A stretch of DNA of 64,000 nt from the NCBI GenBank assembly GCA_963754925.1, contig CAVWHX010000004.1, forward strand, positions 1,344,001 to 1,408,000. The letters run 5' to 3'. Both the position numbers and the translations under genes were made by a program. The notes below the pieces were generated by a model that made no database searches, was not told the DNA's origin, and saw only the letters and a program-made list of their open reading frames with translations. Of the stretch, positions 38,813 to 50,324 are shown one piece after another (the stretch's first letter is position 1; each line of letters opens with the position of its first letter). The stretch comes from an uncultured delta proteobacterium (GTDB lineage Bacteria; Myxococcota; B64-G9).

Positions 38813-40187
38813 TTATGGTTTATGGACTAGACGCACCGCGAAAAATCCATCCATATCATGCTGGTCCGGCCAGGTATACAGGCAACGGTCGACATCGATC
38901 AGCTTGTGCCAAAGCGCATGGCGACCGGCAAGCGGGTCCGCCCGTTCGAACTCGCTATGGTCCTTCAACCAGTTATCGATAAGCATCGATCCTTCCTCGT
39001 GGCTGATGGTACAGACACTGTAGACCAAGCTGCCACCAGGCTTTACCACGTGTGAGACACTATTAAGAAGCTGGCGTTGCACTGCAGCTAAGTGGGCGAG
39101 GTCTTCGGGGAACAGTCGCCACTTGGCCTCCGGGTGCCGGCGCAGCACCCCGAGCGCCGAGCAGGGCGCATCGAGCAAAACACGATCGGAAACCCCCCCA
39201 CGTACTTGGAATTGGTTCGGACAAATCCGCTTGTATTGTCTGGATACAGGTTATCCCAAGATGCTCGGCCAACTTACGCACCAATCCACAGCGAGCTGGA
39301 TGGGCGTCTGCCGCTACGATTTCGCCTTGGTTGTCCATCAGCTCTGCCATGGTGCAGGTCTTTCCGCCCGGTGCCGCGCAGGCGTCCAGCACGCGCTCGC
39401 CCGGGCGCGGATCGAGCAGGTGGCAGACCGATTGGGCGGCCGCGTCCTGGATGTGAAACAAGCCAGCGTCATGGGCTGCGGCCGAGCGCAGTTCTTGTCC
39501 AAAGGGAGCGCAGATGGCTGCCGGCACATACTCCGAAAGGTGAGCCTCAACCCCGGAGGCTGACAACAGTTCGACCAGGGCATCAGGCGCTATCCTCAGG
39601 GTATTGGTACGCAACCACGAGGGCGCGGGTTGATTGCAGGCCGCCATAAACTGCTCGGCGCGTTGTGGTCCGAATTGCTCAACCCATCGTTGCACCATCC
39701 AGTCGGGAAAGGAAAGTCGGATGGCCAATGCCCGCTTCTGATTAACCTGTGGATCGGGCCAATCTATGTGCTCCCGTGCGCCGGCAAGTGCCCGCAGCAC
39801 TCCGTTGACGAAACCGGCCGCGCGTCGACCGCGTATGCTCGAAGCCAACGTTACCGCCTCATCCACCGCCGCCCAATCCGGAACGCGCTCAAGAAATAAC
39901 AGTTGGTAAGCGGCCAAACGAAGTATGCGCATGAGTCCTGGTTCGATTTTGTTCAACGGCCGTCGGCTGTGGGCTGCCAGAGCAAAGTCGAGATTCCGGC
40001 GAAAGCGGATGGTGCCGTAGACGAGCGTTGTGGCTAACGCCCGATCTTCCGCCGAGAGTTGCGGCGCCCGCTCTATCGCGTGTGTCAGTGCGAGAGTGGC
40101 GAAGGCTCCCTCCGCTTCAATACGCCGGAGGACCTCAAGGGCAATGCGGCGTGCGGGGCTAATTGGTTTTGGCTTTGTAATTTTCAT
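38813..40187 (-). CDS. rsmB: 16S rRNA m5C967 methyltransferase RsmB (frameshift ~39189)
   Basis: NusB-like N-terminus (FVNGVLR), IQD, LDACAAPGGKT, then DRVLLDAPCS.LG..RRHPE, YSVC, DGFF in the shifted frame. Confidence 0.92.
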
Positions 40188-40249
40188 TGGCCCCGAGAGA
40201 AAAGCTAACGTTTCTCCGCCCCATTAACGATAACACATCGGACGGAATT

Positions 40250-41701
40250 TTACTTCTCTTCTTCCTCGATGTCGTCGTCCGTCGAGAGGCCGTATTTCCG
40301 CATCAACGAGTGAAAATTGGTGCGCTGCATGCCGACGTCCTCGGCCGCACGACTAACGTTTCCTTCGGCTCGCGCGAGCGCTTCCATTAAAAAGCGACGT
40401 TCAAGCTCGGACACCGCCGTATCGCGTATCTGCCGTTTGAAGTCCTTGAATTCATCCCAGGTGTGCGGGATGGAGGCTGCGGCTGGTTTGAGCAGTGACT
40501 GGCGCAGCTCGGCCGGCAGATGCTGCAGCTCAATGCGCTCGGCATCGCACAGGATCGCCATGCGTTCGACGATGTTTTTCAGTTCACGCACATTGCCCGG
40601 CCAGGAGTAGTTTTCCAAGACCCGCATGGCCTCGGGGGTAAAACCCTGCACCCGGATCGGCGTGGTTTTACGAAAGCGTTCCAGAAATGTCATGGCGAGC
40701 ACCGGAATATCGCCCTGGCGCTCACGCAAGGGTGGGAGCACAATCGGCACGACATTAAGTCGGTAGTAGAGATCCTCGCGAAATTGATCCGCCTTGACCA
40801 TCTCGAGCAGGTCGCGGTTCGTGGCGGCAATGAGCCGGATGTCCACCTCGCGTTCGGCGGTGTCACCAACTCTCCTCACCATGCGCGTCTCCAGAACCCG
40901 CAGGAGCTTGCCCTGAGTTTCGAGGGTGATATTGGACACCTCATCCAGAAAGAGCGTCCCGCGGTGAGCCACCTCGAACAGTCCCTGTTTGGTGGCGATC
41001 GCGCCGGAGAAAGAACCCTTGACGTGGCCGAACAGTTCGCTTTCCAACAGGGTCGAGGCGAGCGCGCTACAATCGCAGGCCAGAAAGGGTTGTTCCTTGC
41101 GCGGGCTGAGTTTGTGGATGGCGCGCGCCACCATTTCTTTGCCGGTGCCGCTCTCGCCGGTGACGAGCACCGTGCCGGCGGTTGGCGCTACGCGCTTGAT
41201 CATAGCGTAAACCTGCTCCATAACGCGGCTTTCGCCGATGATGCCCTCGAAGCCCTGCCGGGACTCGAGCTCGCGGCGCAGCGCGGCGTTTTCGCGCACC
41301 AGGCGGGAACGCTCGAGAACTTTTTTGAGCGCCATGCGCAACTCGTCGGGTGAGAACGGTTTGCCGACGTAATCGGCAGCCCCCAATTTCATAGCGTCGA
41401 CAGCGGTCTGAACGGTCGAGTAACCGGTGATTACCATCACCTCGGTTGATACGCCAGCCGCTCGCAGTTGTTTGAGAAAGTCCAGCCCGCTGAGCTCGGG
41501 CATGACCAGGTCAAGCAGAATGAGATCGTATTCCCCGGTAAGGGCGAGTTGCAGACCCTCCCGCGGATCCTGACGACACTCAACCTGGAAACCATCGGCC
41601 GTAAGAATCCGCAGACAACTGAGGCACACCACCGCCTCGTCGTCGATGACCAAGATGCGCTGAGCGCTGCGATCGGGTTGGGGTCCTGCAGCGGACATCA
41701 C
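40250..41701 (-). CDS. Sigma-54-dependent response regulator (NtrC family)
   Basis: REC (VIDDE, LLDLVMP), GESGTGKE, ESELFGHVKGSFSGA, FREDLYYRLNV, WPGNVREL, Fis HTH. Confidence 0.95.
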   Translation of the reverse strand: MMSAAGPQPDRSAQRILVIDDEAVVCLSCLRILTADGFQVECRQDPREGLQLALTGEYDLILLDLVMPELSGLDFLKQLRAAGVSTEVMVITGYSTVQTAVDAMKLGAADYVGKPFSPDELRMALKKVLERSRLVRENAALRRELESRQGFEGIIGESRVMEQVYAMIKRVAPTAGTVLVTGESGTGKEMVARAIHKLSPRKEQPFLACDCSALASTLLESELFGHVKGSFSGAIATKQGLFEVAHRGTLFLDEVSNITLETQGKLLRVLETRMVRRVGDTAEREVDIRLIAATNRDLLEMVKADQFREDLYYRLNVVPIVLPPLRERQGDIPVLAMTFLERFRKTTPIRVQGFTPEAMRVLENYSWPGNVRELKNIVERMAILCDAERIELQHLPAELRQSLLKPAAASIPHTWDEFKDFKRQIRDTAVSELERRFLMEALARAEGNVSRAAEDVGMQRTNFHSLMRKYGLSTDDDIEEEEK

Positions 41702-43656
41702 GCCTGCTCTTTCTCCGCCTGCATGTCTTCTTCAAAACGCGGCAGGTTGATGGTAAATAGTGAACCCTTACCCAGCTCGCTTTCCACTTCGAGGGTGCCG
41801 CCGTGCTGTTGAACAATTCCGTACGAGACGCTCAAGCCCAGGCCGGTGCCCTTGCCCACCGGTTTGGTGGTGAAAAAGGGGTCGAAAATTTGCTTGAGGT
41901 GTTCGGGGGGAATGCCACAACCAGTGTCGGAGACGGTGATGCGCACCTGGCTGTCGTGCGCCGCAGTGCCAATCGCCAGCGTGCCGCCCACCGGCATGGC
42001 CTCACAGGCGTTCAGCGAAAGGTTCAAGAGTACCTGCTGTAACTGATTTTTGTCGCCCCAGACTGGCGGCAATCCATCGATAAGATTCTCGACCACAACC
42101 ACTTTGTCAAATTCCTTCTGGCTGCGCACCAATTTCATGGTCGTTCGGATAACGTCATTGATGTCCAACGCCACCTTGCGCGAGGGCGATTCGCGAGCGA
42201 AGTCGAGCAATCCGCGTACGATCTCCCGCACGCGAGTCGTTTCGCGGATGATCACCTCCAGGTCCTGCTTGTCCTGGGTATCCATATTTGGTTTCTCGCG
42301 TAGGAGATGGGTGAAGGTAAGCACCCCGGTCAACGGATTGTTGATCTCATGGGCGATGCCGGCCGAGAGGCGGCCGATCGAGGCCAGTTTCTCACTTTGC
42401 CCGATCTGCTGGCGCGTGGCCTGCTCGAGGCGTTGCTCGCGCTCAACCACGGCGTCGGCCATGCGATCGATTGCCAAACACACCAAGCCCATTTCACCCG
42501 GTGGTCGGATACCGACGCGCGCGGTAATGTCTCCGTTGATCAGCTTCTGCGACATTTCCACGATCTTGGAAACGGGCCGCAGGACCAGATTGGTTACCAT
42601 ATACAAGAGAAGCAAACTGAGCAAGGTGATGGTTGCCATCACCACTAAAAACACTCGAGTGATAAGTAGTTGCGTATGATCGAACGGCGCCGCCAGCAAA
42701 CCAACGTAGAGCGCCCCGATTATCTGATTATCGGGATTTCGAATGGCTTCGTAGGCGCTGATATACCAGTCGTTCACCACGAAGGCGCGGTCGGCCCAGA
42801 GTTTTCCTTTTACCAGAACCTCGTCGGCAACTTCGGTGCTCATGCGGCTGCCGATGGCCCGGGTTCCGTCGGCATTCTTCACGTTGGTGGAGATGCGCAG
42901 GTCGCCTTGGAAAATAGTGGCTGTGCCAATATCTTTATCGTGATAAATCTGATTTTGAAAAAGCTCGTTTTTAATGGTGTCAACGATTCGGTACAGATAG
43001 TTGAGCACGTTGCCGCCGTACAGCAACCCATAGAATTTCCCATTAGGCCCCATGAGCGGCACTGCCGCTCCGACTACCATCCCATCGGATTCAACTTTGC
43101 GGGTGCTCGGCCGCGCACCGGGGGTCTCGCGGATTTCAAAGGAAGCGCGGCGGGCCAAGTCAGCGCCCTCGTTCTGCAAGTGCTCGTGTGAAACAATTAT
43201 CGAGCCGGTAACCGGCGCACGGGTGAGAAGAGCCCTGGCTATAATCGGGTTCTTTGAGAGATCATCGCCGACCGAGCCCTGGTTGTGGGCACGGGCGATC
43301 ACTCGACCGTCGGGTCCTATGACCGTCAGCATGTCCATCTTGCTCTCGGTATAGGCCACTTCAATCAATCGAAAGAGATTATCGCGGTCGTTTTTCTCAA
43401 TAGATTCGCCAATAGATTGGTCAAGGGCGATTGCTCGCAGGAACCGGGCGATCCCATCGATATACGAATTATAAATTTGGCGGGCAGAGTTGAGATCGAG
43501 TCGCACCCGGGTTTGCACTTCCTCCAATAATACCGTGCTAATATGTAGTTCGGTGACCACCGCCACCGTCGTATTAGCCACCAAAATGATGGCGATCGAG
43601 CCCATGGTAAGTCGAAAACGAAGGGTTTTTTTCCAAGTCACGTTGATACTCCTCAA
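41698..43656 (-). CDS. Cache/HAMP sensor histidine kinase
   Basis: Two TMs, [14 protein letters not shown]ache motif, AHEINNPL, N box, [19 protein letters not shown]. Confidence 0.93.
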   Translation of the reverse strand: MRSINVTWKKTLRFRLTMGSIAIILVANTTVAVVTELHISTVLLEEVQTRVRLDLNSARQIYNSYIDGIARFLRAIALDQSIGESIEKNDRDNLFRLIEVAYTESKMDMLTVIGPDGRVIARAHNQGSVGDDLSKNPIIARALLTRAPVTGSIIVSHEHLQNEGADLARRASFEIRETPGARPSTRKVESDGMVVGAAVPLMGPNGKFYGLLYGGNVLNYLYRIVDTIKNELFQNQIYHDKDIGTATIFQGDLRISTNVKNADGTRAIGSRMSTEVADEVLVKGKLWADRAFVVNDWYISAYEAIRNPDNQIIGALYVGLLAAPFDHTQLLITRVFLVVMATITLLSLLLLYMVTNLVLRPVSKIVEMSQKLINGDITARVGIRPPGEMGLVCLAIDRMADAVVEREQRLEQATRQQIGQSEKLASIGRLSAGIAHEINNPLTGVLTFTHLLREKPNMDTQDKQDLEVIIRETTRVREIVRGLLDFARESPSRKVALDINDVIRTTMKLVRSQKEFDKVVVVENLIDGLPPVWGDKNQLQQVLLNLSLNACEAMPVGGTLAIGTAAHDSQVRITVSDTGCGIPPEHLKQIFDPFFTTKPVGKGTGLGLSVSYGIVQQHGGTLEVESELGKGSLFTINLPRFEEDMQAEKEQA

Positions 43657-43836
43657 GGGTGAGCGGAATCATGCCTGAAGTAGCTGTAAACAGCAAGACT
43701 GCTCGTTCACCCGTGACGAAACCGTGACGCACCCAATATTATTCGCTATTGACTCCCACGTCAAAAACTGATAGTAACAGGTACCATTACACCTAGGGTC
43801 AGCTTAATTACAATCCATTTTATCAAGGAGCGGGCT

Positions 43837-44986
43837 ATGGACGTGGTCACGCCGTTTCTGGAGGTTGCTCAAGCCATTCAGGAATCAGGGGGTGAGGACC
43901 TTAACCTCTGCTTCCAATGTGGTACCTGTACCGGCAGCTGTCCATGGGGTTTTGTGGAACCCCTGAACATGCGGCAGCTCATCCGCCTGGCCCAGCTCGG
44001 GCTTGAGGGTTACGAGGGCGAGGATCTCTGGAGATGCACAACCTGCAACACGTGCAAGATCCGTTGCCCGCGCGGGGTGGGAATCATCGACCTGGTGCGC
44101 TCGATCCGGATGATGATCGGCGGAAACGGGCCTCATTCCCCAGAGTTTGCGTTCGGCGCTGGGCAGCGTCAAAAGCGGCGGCAATCCCTGGATGGGCAAA
44201 CGAGAAGATCGCAACAAATGGGCGACTGACCTTGAAATCGCACCTTTTGATCGGACGAAGCACGAGTATTTGTTATTTGCCTGTTGCATGCCCTCGTATG
44301 ATCCGCGGGCTCGTAAGTTGGTCAACGCGGCCGCCAAGGTTCTCAGGGCGGGGAGAATAAGCGTCGGTGTCTTGGGCAGCGAGGAAAGTTGTTGCGGCGA
44401 ATCGGTTCGTAAGATTGGCGATGAAGCATTGTTTTCGCAGCTGGCCAAGGATAACGGCGGGCTATTTGGCAAGCACAAGGTTGAAAAGATTTTGGTGCTC
44501 TCGCCGCACTGCTACCATACCTTCAAAAATGAGTATTCCTCGATCGGCTCAACCATAAAAGTGGTACATATCTCTGAACTGCTTGCGGAGTTGATCTCAG
44601 CCGGCAAGCTCAATCTCAAAAAGCCTACGGCGGCGACCGTCACCTACCACGATCCCTGCTACTTGGGTCGGCACAATCAGATCTTTGATCCTCCTCGTAA
44701 GGTGCTCCAGGCCTTACCCGGGGTGACCTTTAAAGAGATGTTTCGCGTTGGCGAGCAGAGCCTGTGCTGTGGCGGCGGCGGCGGCCGCATGTGGATGGAA
44801 ACCAAATTCGGTGAGCGATTCAGCGACCTCCGGGTTCCCGAGGCGCTAGCCGTGGGTGCGAATGTCTTGGCAACCGCGTGCCCGTATTGTATTAGTATGC
44901 TCGAGGACAGTCGCTTGAACTTAAACAAGGAAGAGGCCATTCAAATCAAGGATGTGACCGAGCTGGTGGCCGAGTCCCTCGAATAG
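43837..44986 (+). CDS. HdrC/HdrD-like Fe-S oxidoreductase with CCG domains (frameshift ~44120)
   Basis: CFQCGTCTGSCP, CTTCNTCKIRCPRGV, ESCCG, PHC, YHDPCYLGRHN, CCGGGGG, ACPYC. Confidence 0.88.
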
Positions 44987-45007
44987 CTGAAACCGGGAGA
45001 GATAACC

Positions 45008-47005
45008 ATGCCGAAGAAAATCGGAGTGTATATTTGTCATTGTGGCACCAACATCGCCGGTGTTGTCGACATCGAGGCCTTGACCCAATTTGCGAAGACG
45101 CTGCCGAATGTGACGCTGGTAAAAAATTACAAATTCATGTGCTCCGACCCGGGCCAGGATATGCTGCGCGAAGACATCCACTCCAGCGGCCTCAACGGCA
45201 TCGTGGTCGCGGCCTGTTCGCCGTTGATGCACGAACGCACCTTCCGTAAGGCGGCCCAGGACGCCGGGCTGAACGCCTTTTTGGTGCAGATCGCCAATAT
45301 CCGCGAGCAGTGCTCCTGGGTGACCGAGGATAAAAAGGCCGCCACCGAAAAGTCCAAGGTCTTGATGGCAGGCGCGGTGGCTCGGGCCGCCGCGTTGGAG
45401 CCGCTCGAGATGTGGCGGGTCGAGATCAAGCCCTCGGCCCTGGTCGTGGGCGGCGGGATCGCCGGAATCCAGGCCGCTCTGGATTTGGCTGATGGCGGTG
45501 TGCACGTGACCATGGTCGAGAAGCTGCCCACCATCGGCGGCCATATGGCGATGTTCGATAAGACCTTCCCCACGTTGGATTGCGCTGCCTGCATCTTGAC
45601 ACCGAAGATGACCGCGGTTGGCGCTCATCCAAACATCGACCTCATGACGTATTCAGAAGTCGAGAATGTCAGCGGGTATATTGGCAACTTTAAGGTAAAA
45701 ATACGCCGCAAGGCAGGCTTCGTGGACCATGCTAAGTGCACGGGATGCGGTATATGCATGGAGAAGTGTCCCTATAAGGCGCCCAGCGAGTTCGATCAAG
45801 GCTTGTCGAAGCGCCGGGCAATCTACACCCCGTTTCCCCAGGCAGTTCCCAATAAACCGGTGATTGACAAGGCCAGCTGCGTTTATTTTCTCAAGGGCAA
45901 GTGTCGGGTATGCGAAAAGTTCTGCGAACCAAAGGCCATCGACTTCGAACAGCACGACCGCATCGAGGAAATCGATGTCGGAACGATCATCGTGGCCACC
46001 GGCTTCCAGAGCATGGATATGCGCAAGCTCCCGCAGTTTGGGTACGGCCGCTTGCCCGAGGTATACTCGGCGCTCGAATTCGAACGGCTCAACAACGCCT
46101 CGGGGCCGACCTCTGGCAAGATTCAAACCAGGGATGGACGCACCCCCCAGAGTATCGCCATTTTGCACTGCACCGGCAGCCGGGATGAGAATTACCATCC
46201 CTATTGTTCGCGCGTGTGCTGCATGTATGCCCTTAAGTACGCCCATCTCATCAAGGAGAAGATCCACGAAGCCACGGTCTACAGTTTTTATATCGATATG
46301 CGCTGCTTTGGTAAGGGGTACGAAGAATTCTACAAACGGTTGCAAGAGGAAGGCGTGCGTTTTATCCGGGGCAAGGCCGCCAATGTGTGGGGTGGAGCGG
46401 AATATAAAGCAACTGCCTCGGAGAAATTCGCGCTCGACGGGCTTACTGACCAGCAGCTCGTGGTTCAAGCCGAGGATACGCTGCTCGGTAAATTGATGCG
46501 GGTCCCGGTGGACATGGTCGTGCTCACCCCGGCCTTTGAGGCCCACAGCGAGGCTGCTACCGTCGGTAAAACGTTCTTAATCAACCGTGGAGCCGATGGC
46601 TTCTTCCTTGAGCAGCACCCGAAGCTCGCCCCGGTCTCCACAACCAGCGATGGCGTGTTTATCGCCGGCGGCTGCCAAGGCCCCAAAGACATTCCCGACA
46701 CCGTGGCGCAGGGTTCAGCCGCGGCCAGTAAGGCGCTCTCACTTATCGCGCGGCGAGAAATCGAGATCGAGGCCAATACCGCCACCGTGGTCGAGGAGTA
46801 TTGCTCGGGTTGCAAGACCTGCCTGGATATTTGTCCCTATAACGCCATCAGCTTCGATGAAGAACACAAACGCGCCGTGACCAACGAGGCGTTGTGCAAA
46901 GCCTGCGGCACCTGTGCGGCCACGTGTCCGAGCGCCGCCATCCGCCCGCGGCATTTCGCCGACGATCAAATTTACGCCGAGATTGCAGGTCTCCTCAGCG
47001 TCTAA
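45008..47005 (+). CDS. hdrA: Heterodisulfide reductase subunit A family flavoprotein
   Basis: IGVYICHCGTNIA, AACSP..HE.TFR, NIREQCSWV, GGGIAG, DKTFPTLDCAACILTPKM, YCSRVCCMY, GPKDIPDTV. Confidence 0.95.
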   Translation: MPKKIGVYICHCGTNIAGVVDIEALTQFAKTLPNVTLVKNYKFMCSDPGQDMLREDIHSSGLNGIVVAACSPLMHERTFRKAAQDAGLNAFLVQIANIREQCSWVTEDKKAATEKSKVLMAGAVARAAALEPLEMWRVEIKPSALVVGGGIAGIQAALDLADGGVHVTMVEKLPTIGGHMAMFDKTFPTLDCAACILTPKMTAVGAHPNIDLMTYSEVENVSGYIGNFKVKIRRKAGFVDHAKCTGCGICMEKCPYKAPSEFDQGLSKRRAIYTPFPQAVPNKPVIDKASCVYFLKGKCRVCEKFCEPKAIDFEQHDRIEEIDVGTIIVATGFQSMDMRKLPQFGYGRLPEVYSALEFERLNNASGPTSGKIQTRDGRTPQSIAILHCTGSRDENYHPYCSRVCCMYALKYAHLIKEKIHEATVYSFYIDMRCFGKGYEEFYKRLQEEGVRFIRGKAANVWGGAEYKATASEKFALDGLTDQQLVVQAEDTLLGKLMRVPVDMVVLTPAFEAHSEAATVGKTFLINRGADGFFLEQHPKLAPVSTTSDGVFIAGGCQGPKDIPDTVAQGSAAASKALSLIARREIEIEANTATVVEEYCSGCKTCLDICPYNAISFDEEHKRAVTNEALCKACGTCAATCPSAAIRPRHFADDQIYAEIAGLLSV

Positions 47006-47234
47006 TACCGAAGTCTGCGTGAGCTCAAAAACCCATCAGTAGTTGATAAGAATAGTATTATATTCGAGTAAAGAAATTACTCGAGGGCGAGGCACAGCCA
47101 CGGCAGTATCGCCTATTTGCTCGATATATCAAAACGTTAACTCTTATACTTGAACACCATCAGGGAATTGCGCTATGCTATAGTGTATGTTTTGACATCA
47201 CGTATCCTCTCGATTTAGTCAAGAGGGGTGGTGG

Positions 47235-48269
47235 ATGATCGATGACGATGCCAGCGAGTCATTGAAAAACGCATTGTCCGATCAACCGAGCGAGCGCGAA
47301 CAAGAACTGCAGCGGCAGATAAGCCAACTCAGCGAGCAACTCGCGCACTCTCAGACTCGGTTCGGAGCCGTGAATCAGGAACTGAACGAGATCAACCGAC
47401 AGCTTGAACAATCCATCCAGCAGGCCCGACAGCTTGCCGAACTAGCTGATAACGCCAGTCAAGCGAAAAGCGAATTTATGGCCAATATGAGCCACGAATT
47501 TCGCACGCCCCTCAACGGCATTGTGGGGCTCACCGACCTTATCCTGCAAACCGATCTTACGCACGAACAACGGGAATACCTCAGCGCCGTACGAAAGTCA
47601 GCAGATGCATTGCTGTTATTGGTCAATCATCTGCTCGACTTTTCAAAGCTTGAGTCACGACGCATGAGGCTTACCGCGGTCGATTTTTGGCTGCACGAGC
47701 TCCTTGCGCAGACATTGACCACGATGGCGAAGCAGGCCAAGCAGAAAGGATTATCGTTTCAATTATATGTTGCTAACGATGTGCCAGAGGTCTTGCATGG
47801 GTCGCCAGAACACCTGCGTCAGGTGCTCCTAAACCTGGTGGATAACGCCATAAAGTTCACGGACGTCGGCGAGGTATCGGTGGGCGTTGAGAACCTGCAC
47901 CACCTGGATCCCGCTAACACCTCCACGACCGAGGATATTGATCTGCACTTCATGGTGCGGGACACCGGGATAGGCATCTCGCCCGAGAAACAAAAATTGA
48001 TCTTTGAAGCGTTTGCCCAGGCGGACACTTCCAGCACCCGTAAATATGGTGGGACGGGCCTCGGTCTAACCATCTCACGCCGCCTGGTCGAGTTACTAGA
48101 GGGAAACATGTGGGTGGAGAGCACGCCCGGGCACGGGAGTATTTTTCATTTTACCTGCCGGTTGAGGTTGCCCATGCAACCAGCGACTCCGGATAGCGAT
48201 CATCCTCACGATCTGAACAAGCCCGGAGCAGGCTTTGTATTTGGCCAGAAGAAGGGCGTTGTTTCTTGA
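47235..48269 (+). CDS. Cytoplasmic histidine kinase (coiled coil + HisKA + HATPase)
   Basis: [41 protein letters not shown]. Confidence 0.92.
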   Translation: MIDDDASESLKNALSDQPSEREQELQRQISQLSEQLAHSQTRFGAVNQELNEINRQLEQSIQQARQLAELADNASQAKSEFMANMSHEFRTPLNGIVGLTDLILQTDLTHEQREYLSAVRKSADALLLLVNHLLDFSKLESRRMRLTAVDFWLHELLAQTLTTMAKQAKQKGLSFQLYVANDVPEVLHGSPEHLRQVLLNLVDNAIKFTDVGEVSVGVENLHHLDPANTSTTEDIDLHFMVRDTGIGISPEKQKLIFEAFAQADTSSTRKYGGTGLGLTISRRLVELLEGNMWVESTPGHGSIFHFTCRLRLPMQPATPDSDHPHDLNKPGAGFVFGQKKGVVS

Positions 48270-48379
48270 TCGGGTTTTACGTATAAACGTTCCTTAAGAG
48301 AATTTTTTTTGACCATGTCGGGTGCGGATGGATAACATAGACGTCTATTGCTTTGTTCTTCAAGGAGGAGGACTGGGCT

Positions 48380-48745
48380 TTGTGCCGAATACTGTGCATT
48401 GAAGATGACGCCGAGACCCGCATTCTGATCAAGAAAGGTCTCGAGGCAGCCGGCATGACGGTTGACACGGTTTGGGCGGGTGATAAAGGAGTGGAAGCCG
48501 CGATCAACGGTCGGTTCGACTGCGTCCTCCTTGATATCATGATGTCGGGAATGGATGGTTTTCAGGTTTTGAGAACCCTCAAGACTCAGTTGGCTACGCA
48601 GCACATGAAAGTGATTATGGTGACCGCCCGGGACGATGAGGGATCCCGGCAGCGCGCACTCGATGACGGGGCCGATGCATACGTGATCAAACCGTTCAAG
48701 ATTGGGAAGCTGGTCACCTTGATCCAGACGATCGTTGGAAAGTGA
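48380..48745 (+). CDS. Single-domain response regulator
   Basis: ILCIEDD, LLDIMM..MDG, MVTAR, GADAY.IKPF; TTG start after AGGAGGAG. Confidence 0.88.
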   Translation: MCRILCIEDDAETRILIKKGLEAAGMTVDTVWAGDKGVEAAINGRFDCVLLDIMMSGMDGFQVLRTLKTQLATQHMKVIMVTARDDEGSRQRALDDGADAYVIKPFKIGKLVTLIQTIVGK

Positions 48746-48752
48746 CCGCTTC

Positions 48753-49550
48753 ATGAGCCGCCCACGGTTGTTCCTGCCAGAAGAGCGTTGGGCCAGTCGG
48801 GTTGAACTGCAGCCGGACGAGCGACGACATTTAGTTGATGTGCTCCGGTTAGCGCCCGGTGGCGAGGTTGAGGTTTTCAATGGTGCCGGCGCTTTCAGCC
48901 GAGCGCTCCTGGTTCGTGACCGTGGCGGGTATGTTTTGGAACTTGGGCCATCGACGCAGCGATTGATACCAAACCAGCCGGTTCGATTAGGGGTTGCACT
49001 ATTGAAAGGCCGCAAACTTGACGAGGTCGTACGCATGGTGACCGAGCTTGGGGTATCGACCGTGGAGCCGTTCACCTGCGCCCGTTCAATTCCACGACCT
49101 GACGACGCAGGGCGCGCCCGTCGAACACGGTGGCAAAAAATCGCCGCGGAGGCCTCCCGCCAATCCGGACGCGCCTCTGTTCCACGTATACAACCGGTTC
49201 GCTCATTTGACGAGCTTGTGCGGGAGTCCACGCAGGATCCAAAACTTGGTGCACGCGCCGTGCTCTATGAAGCTGCGCTTGGTCAAACATTGCTCACCTG
49301 GCTTGCGTCTGAAGCGAATGTCGAGCGCCTGTTGTTGGTTGGTCCCGAGGGTGGTTTTGCCCCGGACGAGGTCGAACGGGCCGAGCAGGCGGGATTTGCC
49401 ATTCTCAGTTTGGGCCCGACAATTTTACGTTCGGACACGGCTGCAATCGTTGCCGCCGCCATGGCCTGCCTTGACAGTCAGCAGCGAGTCGGCTATCGCT
49501 TTCAATCCAAAGGATGTGATGATGATTTGCCCCCATTGCGCGTTTCCTAA
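48753..49550 (+). CDS. rsmE: 16S rRNA m3U1498 methyltransferase RsmE
   Basis: HLVDVLRL, TELGV, EASRQSGR, VGPEGGF, SLGPTILRSDTA. Confidence 0.93.
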   Translation: MSRPRLFLPEERWASRVELQPDERRHLVDVLRLAPGGEVEVFNGAGAFSRALLVRDRGGYVLELGPSTQRLIPNQPVRLGVALLKGRKLDEVVRMVTELGVSTVEPFTCARSIPRPDDAGRARRTRWQKIAAEASRQSGRASVPRIQPVRSFDELVRESTQDPKLGARAVLYEAALGQTLLTWLASEANVERLLLVGPEGGFAPDEVERAEQAGFAILSLGPTILRSDTAAIVAAAMACLDSQQRVGYRFQSKGCDDDLPPLRVS

Positions 49551-50318
49551 CGACCCGGGGTTAGGGTCTGCATCAAGTGTCGCAAGGCTTTTAACGATGC
49601 GCCCGCCGACGCATTGGCCGAGGTAGTGAAAACCGAAGCGCAACCCATTCAAATGGGTAGCCAGAAACAAGCTCCCGATTTCCCAATAGCCGATATCCGT
49701 GCCAGATTCCCGGCGGACGAAACTCGATCAGTGGGGCAAGAACATGGTCGGACGGAGTCCATCGGAGAGCCTTCTTCGGTGTCGTGGGGGCAGAATGCGG
49801 CAGTGCAACCTTCGGCACGGGCTGCGGTTCGTCTCGTTTGGGTAAGCGGGTTTTGGCTGCGGTCGTTAGCTCTGGCAGTCGATGTGGTGACGGTAACCGG
49901 AGTTGTGATCGTCATGGTTACGTTCTCCTGGTTGCTCCGCGGCGACACTGAGGGTGCCTTTGATTTTTTCGTCAAAAACCCAAAGGCATTGCTTTTGTTA
50001 GCACTTATGTACTTGCTCCTCATGGGTGCCTACCTGGCCCTGTTTACCCGTTTTGGGGGACAGACTCTGGGGCAGATGCTCTTGGGGTTACAGGTGATAC
50101 ATGAGACTGGTCAGCCGCTCACGACCAGGCAGGTGTTGCGCCGGATGGTGGGTATGGTACTTGCGGCCCTGCCGGGACTGGCAGGATTTTTGTGGGTTGG
50201 GTTTGACCTACAGCGGCGCGGCTGGCATGATTATATTGGGCAAAGTCTGGTCATCAGACTGCGCCCGCCTACGGTGACCCACAAACAGATTAACAAGTTG
50301 CGGGATTTGGGAGCGTAA
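49519..50318 (+). CDS. RDD-family membrane protein with N-terminal Zn ribbon (frameshift ~49560)
   Basis: MICPHC...[+1 G]...CIKC joins ORF 49614-50318; GFWLRSLA..VD, GQTLG, RRGWHD. Confidence 0.8.
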
Positions 50319-50324
50319 CCGCAC

